This document shows positions 57,392 to 64,000 of a stretch of DNA of 64,000 nt, piece by piece; position 1 is the stretch's first letter; each line of letters opens with the position of its first letter. A program made the position numbers and the translations under genes. Location: positions 56,839 through 120,838 of the IMG/VR virus record IMGVR_UViG_3300025934_000015, one strand, 5' to 3'. The notes below the pieces were generated by a model. The model worked only from the letters and a program-made list of their open reading frames with translations. It was not told the origin of the DNA and made no database searches. The DNA comes from a virus. Taxonomy: Duplodnaviria; Caudoviricetes.

Positions 57392-57719
57392 TCGTGCGTA
57401 TCTCCTCATCACTTCTCTGCGACCCATGCGTTATACATGGTGATGTACTCGGCGTAACAATCGGAACAGAGGTCGTGATCGTGATCGGCGTCTCCCTCGA
57501 AGCTGTGATTGTCATCCACGTCCCACGCCGCAGTCACGGAGCCGGACGTGATGCCGGTAATATCTGCGCCACAGCGGTCGCAGACCATTTTTGTGGCCAC
57601 GGCTATCCTTTCCTGACCAGCCGGATCATGCGCCCGATACGGATCAGATTCCATCGCCAGAGGCGGAGGATCCACACTTTCCCCGCCACGGCGAGCGGAC
57701 CGCGGGCCCAGGCCATGGC

Positions 57720-57878
57720 TCAGCGGAGGCCCAGCAAGGCCAGTAGCAGCCGCCCCAGTTTGCGCTGACGGCCGCTGGCGGTCGTGGGGATGCCCGTGGC
57801 CTGGGCAACCCGCCGGCGCGCCCTGGTGACGCCCAGCGCGCGTTTCCAGCTAAACGTGAGTCCCGGTCCCAGTTTCAT
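57720..57878 (-). CDS. Small basic protein (FSWKRALG..TGIPTT type)
   Basis: MKLGPGLTFSWKRALGVTRARRRVAQATGIPTTASGRQRKLGR. Confidence 0.6.
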   Translation of the reverse strand: MKLGPGLTFSWKRALGVTRARRRVAQATGIPTTASGRQRKLGRLLLALLGLR

Positions 57879-58072
57879 CCTGCACCTTCTTTTCAATCAG
57901 CAGCCACAGACACGCGTCGGCATGTGTGCCGCTACCGTCAATCGGCTCGTCGCAGAAAATGCAACAGGCCCGACCGTCACGTGTACGTGAACCCTCGTGG
58001 ATCCGATACGTCGGACAACCGATATCCACAAGTCGACGCAGGAGCTGCAACGCTTCTACTTCGTTCCGTGGT

Positions 58073-58264
58073 TCAGCCATGACCGTGTTCCCGTTCCTGC
58101 CGACGGCGGACGATGTCGGCATATTCTGTCCAGTAGTCAGGAAAGGCCGTTTGGATCCGCATGCGGTTCTGAATGTCGGCCGCGTACCAGGCCTGCGCCA
58201 GGGCGCGGATAAAGCTGCCGCCGAAGCGGTGCATTTCCTGCGCCACGTCTTCGTCGCTGATCAC
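58073..58264 (-). CDS. Small phage protein
   Basis: M..FGGSF..ALA.AW..AD..N..RI..AFP.YW..Y. Confidence 0.7.
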   Translation of the reverse strand: MISDEDVAQEMHRFGGSFIRALAQAWYAADIQNRMRIQTAFPDYWTEYADIVRRRQEREHGHG

Positions 58265-58396
58265 TTACTGAGGTCCTTGTCACTGCCGACGACATGTCCA
58301 CAGTGCAGGACAGCCATCGCCGGACGTAGCGTAGACGACACGACCATGACCTTCGTCTTGCAGATCGGGCACGTGATGTAGTGAAACAGGGCCATA

Positions 58397-60004
58397 CTAT
58401 TGCCACTCCTCGTACCGCTGTTCGTGGCGGTCATCCATCGACTTGTGCACTAGCACCAGCGTGGACTTGGCGCGCGTGTAGGCGACGTACTGAATATTCA
58501 GCTCTTCCTGATTCGTGCTGCGCAGGGTGTCGGCAAGGACAAACACGCGGTCCGCCTCCAGTCCCTTCGCGCGGTGCACCGAGGAGCACGTGATAACGCC
58601 CTTCTCGCCCAGCCCGTCGTCGGTGAACAGGTAGTCGATGCGCTCGTTGAGATTGTCCATGGACGTCGCGCCCTCGGACAGTTCCACCAACATCGCGGCC
58701 TGATCGTTGATGGTTTCGATCTTGGACTGGAACGCGGCCTTGCGGCCGTTGGTCGCGGCCTCCATTTGCACCTTGACCCGCGCTTCCTCGCGCGTGCGCC
58801 ACGCCTCGATCTTGACCAGAAAGTCCTCCACGCTGACCGCGCGGAGTTTGCGGACCAGCGCCTTCAGGCCACGGCCAATGTCCTGCCCCGCCACGCGGGC
58901 GCGCTTTTTCTCGCGCAGGAGCTGAATGGCAATCGGCACCAGCGGCGCGTTCGTGCGGCTGAGGATGAAGTCGCCAAGCTGCGCCGTGGCCACCAGTCGG
59001 TCCCGGTGCAGATCCTCGACGGAGCCGTCGGGGTTGGTGTCCGCCGCCTCGAAGTCCGGCACCAGGGTGGACGCCAGCGCCACAATCTGCCGTCCGCAGC
59101 GGCGCGTCTGGGTCAAGCCCAGTTCCCCCGCGCCCAGTTCTCCCTTGAGGCGATCGAGACTGTCGGAGTCTGCGCCGCGGAAGGCAAAAATGGCCTGCCG
59201 GTTGTCGCCCACCACGGCCATCCGTCCGTCTGGTCGCAGCACCCCGCGCGCAATTTCCAACTGCGCCACGGTCATGTCCTGGGCTTCGTCGACGACAACT
59301 TCGTCGTACATCGGGACCATGAGGCCATTGCGGACCGGCAGAAAGATCATGTCGCTACCGTCAATGAGTTCGCCGTCCTTGACGTTTGCCGCCAGGACCA
59401 TGGCCTCCAGCGCCTTCGTCTCCACGTACTCCAGCCCGAAGCCGGACCGCGCCCACGTCTGTTCCGGCTCGCACTCGTGCGTGATGGCAATGGCGGTCAA
59501 GTCGCCTACGCGTTTCGCATGCGGCGCAATCTCCCGGCCCTTGGTGTGCAGCTTGGACACCAGCCGCTTGATCTGGTCTGGTGCCACCTCGCCGCAGACC
59601 TGATCGGTCAACCAGTCGGCGCGTTCGTTGGTGAACTTCCATCGGATCTTCGGCATGATCTGACGCACGCAGGCCAGTCCGACGGAGTGCAGCGTTTGCG
59701 CGGTGATGTGCGGAAAGTTGCTACCAATGCGCGCCTGCAGTTCTTCCTGAATGATCTTGGAAAACGCGCAGATGAGAATACGGCGGGAGGGGGAGCGCTT
59801 GACGCCTTCAATGATGACCGTGGTTTTGCCGGTGCCCGCGCGGGCGCGGACCACCAGATGGCCCTCGGCATCAATGTGAATGTCGTACTGACCGGCCTCG
59901 ACGGCCTGATCAAAAAAGTTCTGGTCCTTGGAGAACCATGCGAAGATGGCGGTCTGCTGTTCGGACCATGTAAACGCGGCGGTGTCGAGTGTCGTCTCGG
60001 TCAT
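58397..60004 (-). CDS. UvrD/Rep-family SF1 helicase
   Basis: ARAGTGKT, VDEAQD, VGD.RQAIF.FRGA, TRRC, HRAKGLE, YVA.TRAK. Confidence 0.95.
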   Translation of the reverse strand: MTETTLDTAAFTWSEQQTAIFAWFSKDQNFFDQAVEAGQYDIHIDAEGHLVVRARAGTGKTTVIIEGVKRSPSRRILICAFSKIIQEELQARIGSNFPHITAQTLHSVGLACVRQIMPKIRWKFTNERADWLTDQVCGEVAPDQIKRLVSKLHTKGREIAPHAKRVGDLTAIAITHECEPEQTWARSGFGLEYVETKALEAMVLAANVKDGELIDGSDMIFLPVRNGLMVPMYDEVVVDEAQDMTVAQLEIARGVLRPDGRMAVVGDNRQAIFAFRGADSDSLDRLKGELGAGELGLTQTRRCGRQIVALASTLVPDFEAADTNPDGSVEDLHRDRLVATAQLGDFILSRTNAPLVPIAIQLLREKKRARVAGQDIGRGLKALVRKLRAVSVEDFLVKIEAWRTREEARVKVQMEAATNGRKAAFQSKIETINDQAAMLVELSEGATSMDNLNERIDYLFTDDGLGEKGVITCSSVHRAKGLEADRVFVLADTLRSTNQEELNIQYVAYTRAKSTLVLVHKSMDDRHEQRYEEWQ

Positions 60005-60061
60005 CTGTTGGACCCCTGAGTTTGCGCCGTCGTCTCGTTGCAACGGCTGGAACTGGTGACT

Positions 60062-60090
60062 ACTGTATCGCCGGTTTAAAACTCCGTCAA
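60062..60090 (-). promoter_or_regulatory. Sigma70 promoter upstream of the helicase
   Basis: TTGACG-17-TACAGT. Confidence 0.65.
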
Positions 60091-60131
60091 GCAGAATCTT
60101 GTGGCTGTAACCCGTGTATTATCAATAGGTT

Positions 60132-60479
60132 CTAGCCGACAATGTAGCGCGTGCCGTTGATCACGCGCGTCCGCGGGCGGCGTGAGTACGTCGTGGCCGG
60201 ATCGAACCGTTCCATGCGATCCTGCGCCGCGAGGACGACTTCGAACGCGCTCCGGATGGCTCCACGACACCAGTCCCGGCCCAGGCACTGCTCAACTTCG
60301 TCCAGCACGCCCACGGTCAACCGACGGGCGGTGATGTCATCCGCCAGGGCGCGGTACAGCGGTTCATCCGCATAGTCCTCGTCGGTCCAGTTGTCCACCG
60401 TGACCGCGTCCAGCTCCAACCAGACCACGGCGAGCGCCTTTTCGACGTCCAGGGTGATCGGCTTCGTATCGATCTTCAT
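60132..60479 (-). CDS. Hypothetical protein
   Basis: ATG 7 nt after a -10 box. Confidence 0.65.
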   Translation of the reverse strand: MKIDTKPITLDVEKALAVVWLELDAVTVDNWTDEDYADEPLYRALADDITARRLTVGVLDEVEQCLGRDWCRGAIRSAFEVVLAAQDRMERFDPATTYSRRPRTRVINGTRYIVG

Positions 60480-60486
60480 GCCGATC

Positions 60487-60516
60487 AGTCTAGCACAGAT
60501 CGCCGGACGATGTCAA
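60487..60516 (-). promoter_or_regulatory. Sigma70 promoter with extended -10, apparently leaderless
   Basis: TTGACA-18-TAGACT (TGn extension)-7 nt-ATG. Confidence 0.75.
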
Positions 60517-60980
60517 CCACGACCCTCGGCTTTGGCAATCGCGGCCCGCGCCTGCGCACCGATGACGTCGTACTGATGATGGTTCAGTGGTGTGCCGGGC
60601 GCTTCTTTTTGGAGGATGGCCACGACCGCCTTGAGGGCTGCCAATAGATCCGGTGTCGGATCATCCTGCGTGAATGTACCGCAGGCGGCTGACCGCCACA
60701 GATACCGCTCGACCTTTTGTACTTTTTGCCGTTCGTAAGCGCGGGCTGTATCTGAGTTATCCCACGCGTCAATCCCAATCATGCCGAGGACCGCGCGCAG
60801 ATCGTAGTACTCCAGGACAATGCGTCGCCGGTTCGTCAGCCGTTCCGGATTCTCCTCGGGATGGTCGTCGGCATCCTCCTGAATCTGGTCCATGCCGAAC
60901 CGTTTGGCCTTGGAGATCCGCTGCGCCACTTCGTTGCATTCCTCCATGGCAATGGTCATCAGGTGTTCGTCGCGGGTCAT
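60513..60980 (-). CDS. MazG-like NTP pyrophosphohydrolase
   Basis: EECNEVAQ.ISK..RFG...E..DL. Confidence 0.7.
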   Translation of the reverse strand: MTRDEHLMTIAMEECNEVAQRISKAKRFGMDQIQEDADDHPEENPERLTNRRRIVLEYYDLRAVLGMIGIDAWDNSDTARAYERQKVQKVERYLWRSAACGTFTQDDPTPDLLAALKAVVAILQKEAPGTPLNHHQYDVIGAQARAAIAKAEGRG

Positions 60981-61300
60981 GATATCCGCTCCTTATCGAG
61001 AATCGCCTTCCACTGTGGATCAATATACTCGGGACCGATAGGGGTGACGTGGCTGACTGATGTGATGGTCCGGCCAGTCGCTTCGACGAAAAGATGGATT
61101 GGTGATTCTGCGACCGTGATGATAACAGCTTCACGATGGGAGAATGCACGGAGGATAAACAGTTTGGCGAGGATGACGTCTGGAGCGACGACAGTCACGA
61201 TGGACTGCACGCGTTGCTTGCCGACGCACTTGACGTCATCCTGATCGAAGAAGTGCTGAATCGGTTGATCCCATTCCAAGGTGATGTGAAAAAGCGTCAT
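60977..61300 (-). CDS. Hypothetical protein
   Basis: Coupled ORF; RBS GGAGG. Confidence 0.6.
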   Translation of the reverse strand: MTLFHITLEWDQPIQHFFDQDDVKCVGKQRVQSIVTVVAPDVILAKLFILRAFSHREAVIITVAESPIHLFVEATGRTITSVSHVTPIGPEYIDPQWKAILDKERIS

Positions 61301-61304
61301 GACG

Positions 61305-62987
61305 CTATTCCTCCGTCAGCTTCTGGACCCACATTGAGGTGGTCCACTCCGCGATGTTTTCATTATTCTGCCTCGCTGCGACGATATGATGATCAATAGT
61401 TTTTTGCCCGCGGGGGCCAGTGGCGACGATGTCGAAGTAGGCCACGGGTTTCGTTTGACCAGGGCCATAGACGCGATCCTTGGCCTGCAGAAACTTGCCT
61501 AGCGAGAAATCGAAGCTGACATTGATGGACAGATGCGCGGCCGTGAAGTTGACGCCGAAGCTGCCGGTGCCGTACGTACCGCCGACGAACACAGGCCCTG
61601 GTGGCGAGGTCTCCGGGTGTAGCAATCGCATGGCCGCTTCCCGTTCCGCCTTCTTCTGTCCGCCCATCAACCGACCCGTCGTGAACTGCGGATAGGTCTT
61701 TGTGATGTCTTCCATCATCCGGATCATTTCGGGTCGGAAGCGACACCACGTCACAACGTGCAGATGATCATCCGCCTCCAGTTGCTGGCCGATGAACCAC
61801 AGCAGGACGTCCAGCTTTTCCCGGCCGACGGCCTTCGTGGGATCAATCACGCGCGGAGGCGTCTGGCGGATCTGTTTATACGTTTCGGTCTGCATGACGG
61901 CGGCGAGCGCGGTCCGCTCGACACTGTCCCCGCCGCGGTCCATAAACTCATCGAGATCGAGGCTCTCGAAGAAGCCGGGTAACACCTCGTCGGCCTCATC
62001 GGTGTCCATGGCATCCTCGATCCCGCCGAGAAAGCCACTTGTAATCTGGGCTAGCCGTAAGGTTTTAATCGCCGCCTGTCCGGCCGTGGCCACCGTATTA
62101 TCACTTAGCCACACGACCAGCTCGTCACGCATCTGTTTATAGATCTTCCACGTGGCAGGCGTCAATTCAGCGGTCAAGACCACCGGATCCAGCTTTGGCG
62201 GCAGGTCGAGACAGTCTTTTTGCAGTCGACGAATGACGTAGGGCGCAAATCGCCGCTGGATATCTTCGAGGTTGGTCCATCCGACGACCCGCTGAAGGGC
62301 AAAGCCACGGTCCGACTTGAGTGCTTCGCCCTTGGTATTGAGAATAGGCTCCTGCTTGGCGTAGCGGGCCTTATAGTGTGTGATGTACTTGCACTGGAGA
62401 ATGTTTGGGTGCAGGAAATTGCCCTGCGAAAAGAGATCGAGGACGGTATGACTGATCGGTGTGCCGTTCAACAGGACCACGCGCCCGCAGCGTAGACGCA
62501 AGCGGTACGCGGCCTTCGTTTGCTGCGCGTCCCAGTTTTTCAAGTACGACGATTCGTCACATACCAGTAGTGTGCGAGTTGTACAGTAGGGCGCGAGATC
62601 GTCGGCGTGGCCTTTGACGCGAAGAAATTCGTAGTTGGTGACAATCCACTGGAGGCGTTTGCTGGGTTCGGGCGGTCCCCAGTTCCACCCGCGCGTCCGG
62701 CTGTGAAACTCGACGACCGTGGCAGGCGTGTCTGGCCAGAGGTGTTTGCGTAGCTCCCCGAGGTCACGGCCGAACCAGACATCGCGCACCGGCGCGGGCG
62801 CAATGACGACGACGTAATCGATCTTACCTTCGGCCCAGAGAAACTGTGCGGCGTCAATGACAATCTTGGTCTTGCCCGTCCGCATTTCGCTGGTGATGAA
62901 CAGATACGGCGACGCCATAAGCGTCGCCGTATCCTCCCGTTGATGCTGAAACGGCGGAAGCCGACAGCGTGAGAAATCCAGGGTCAT
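61305..62987 (-). CDS. SNF2-family SF2 helicase
   Basis: EMRTGKT, TNYE, CDES, NGTP, RR.QKDCLDLPPK, Q..DR...GQ. Confidence 0.92.
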   Translation of the reverse strand: MTLDFSRCRLPPFQHQREDTATLMASPYLFITSEMRTGKTKIVIDAAQFLWAEGKIDYVVVIAPAPVRDVWFGRDLGELRKHLWPDTPATVVEFHSRTRGWNWGPPEPSKRLQWIVTNYEFLRVKGHADDLAPYCTTRTLLVCDESSYLKNWDAQQTKAAYRLRLRCGRVVLLNGTPISHTVLDLFSQGNFLHPNILQCKYITHYKARYAKQEPILNTKGEALKSDRGFALQRVVGWTNLEDIQRRFAPYVIRRLQKDCLDLPPKLDPVVLTAELTPATWKIYKQMRDELVVWLSDNTVATAGQAAIKTLRLAQITSGFLGGIEDAMDTDEADEVLPGFFESLDLDEFMDRGGDSVERTALAAVMQTETYKQIRQTPPRVIDPTKAVGREKLDVLLWFIGQQLEADDHLHVVTWCRFRPEMIRMMEDITKTYPQFTTGRLMGGQKKAEREAAMRLLHPETSPPGPVFVGGTYGTGSFGVNFTAAHLSINVSFDFSLGKFLQAKDRVYGPGQTKPVAYFDIVATGPRGQKTIDHHIVAARQNNENIAEWTTSMWVQKLTEE

Positions 62988-63181
62988 GCCTCGGCGTAAA
63001 TGTCCTCGGCGCGCGGTCCCTTGGCCGACGTCGTGTCCTGGAACGTCACGCTCTGGCCTTCTCGGAGTTCGTCGAACCGGCGATTCTTGACCGCCGATCG
63101 GTGAAAGAAGTACTCCGTGTTTCCGGCCATGATAAAGCCGAATCCCTTGTCCGCCTGCAACGACTTGATGGTCCCGTCCAT
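62984..63181 (-). CDS. csp: Cold-shock domain protein
   Basis: RNP1 KGFGFI, RNP2 YFFHRS, LREGQ.V.F, KGPRA. Confidence 0.93.
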   Translation of the reverse strand: MDGTIKSLQADKGFGFIMAGNTEYFFHRSAVKNRRFDELREGQSVTFQDTTSAKGPRAEDIYAEA

Positions 63182-63183
63182 GG

Positions 63184-63561
63184 CTATCTCCTGACGCCGC
63201 CGATGCGAGTAGTAGAGGGTCTTGGGGCCACAATCGGCAGTGTAGACCGAAGACCGACGAATGGAGGATGGTAGTGAATCACGGGGGTTAGATCCCAGCG
63301 ATTCTCATACCAGCGATTGGGAATCGTTTGTTTCGGCAGTGGCCATGACGGACCGGGATCGTACACCGTCACGGTCGGCCCTGCCAGCCATTCCGGCGGC
63401 AGGGCCACGTACTGGTGCGCCAACAGGCCCGCCAATTCCGCCTCCGGCACGTGCGGCCGTGGCGGAGCCTTGACCTCCACCACGGCAATCGTACCCTGAG
63501 GCGTGACGTTGGTGTAAACCGTTTGCCGGGCCTGCGCGAGAATTACCAGGAGCATCAGCAT
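63184..63561 (-). CDS. Pro-rich, possibly exported hypothetical protein
   Basis: MLMLLVILAQA N-terminus. Confidence 0.5.
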   Translation of the reverse strand: MLMLLVILAQARQTVYTNVTPQGTIAVVEVKAPPRPHVPEAELAGLLAHQYVALPPEWLAGPTVTVYDPGPSWPLPKQTIPNRWYENRWDLTPVIHYHPPFVGLRSTLPIVAPRPSTTRIGGVRR

Positions 63562-64000
63562 TAGTAGCCTGCCGTTCCGTAGGGTGTGCCGGGAAGCAGT
63601 TTGAACGTCGTCGGATCGAGAATCTTTGCGAGTCCGCCGACCTCCAGCAGGAAGTTGGTCTCGGGATTGGGAAACGCGATCCAGGGTCGCTGTGCGGACT
63701 TCTCGATGACATTGCCGCGCCACTCCACGGTCGTCGTGTAGTAGTCCAGCGCCGGTTTGCCCACGGTCTGGTTCGTGCCGCTGATGCCGTACTCGCCTGC
63801 CTTGACAATGTTTTCAGTGAAGGTGATGGGCGACTTGGTCGGCGGATTCGGCGTGCCGTCGGCGCGGGAGTCGTTGAACTGGAGAAACGAGTTCTTGATC
63901 GCGGGCAGCGTATTGTTGCGGATGATCAGCGCGAGAGTCACACCGTTGCCGATCAGGAACCCATACGGACAGTCGACGAACAGGTTATGTTCGAAGGTCA
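63561..64000 (-). CDS. C-terminus of a right-handed beta-helix-like protein (start outside the window)
   Basis: Repeating xxxRNN/TEN/RGN rungs; frame open to the window edge. Confidence 0.6.
   Translation of the reverse strand, partial: TFEHNLFVDCPYGFLIGNGVTLALIIRNNTLPAIKNSFLQFNDSRADGTPNPPTKSPITFTENIVKAGEYGISGTNQTVGKPALDYYTTTVEWRGNVIEKSAQRPWIAFPNPETNFLLEVGGLAKILDPTTFKLLPGTPYGTAGY

Noticed and set aside
58574-60019. 481-aa plus-strand ORF and similar long antisense ORFs
   Set aside because: Antisense shadows of GC-rich genes, here the UvrD helicase.

Overview
This window is part of a GC-rich tailed phage genome with a long, non-contractile tail. Bases 1-38999 (+ strand) are the late operon. 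It starts with three head-region polyproteins, the last containing MuF, then a DUF2213-type prohead protease/scaffold, decoration and major capsid proteins, neck genes, tail tube, two gpG-like chaperones (one with a -1 frameshift), tape measure, an IPT/Asp-box tail-tip protein, fibres, a GH108 endolysin, a large glycanase-like protein, holin/lipoprotein and a papain-like peptidase. Bases 39000-64000 (- strand) are early/middle genes: UvrD and SNF2 helicases, an SSB-like protein, SNase, a Thg1-like enzyme, a cold-shock protein, a bL12-CTD-like mini-protein, two non-canonical tRNAs, a complete tmRNA, candidate structured RNAs and several sigma70 promoters, four apparently leaderless. The standout feature is a 20-aa peptide, GG[PS]GSGNFGHxGRPG[EQ][VI]GGS, present 10 times across the three head polyproteins and synonymously recoded in each copy. 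Nine of the ten copies follow [RK]-x-[AL], and each copy opens a different effector module: five ADP-ribosyltransferase-like, ParB-like, JAB-like, papain/transglutaminase-like and unknown. The same [RK]-x-[AL] pattern recurs in the protease/scaffold and the capsid N-terminus. This suggests a protease-processed, tag-addressed set of packaged and injected effectors. All family assignments come from motif recognition by eye; no database searches were run.
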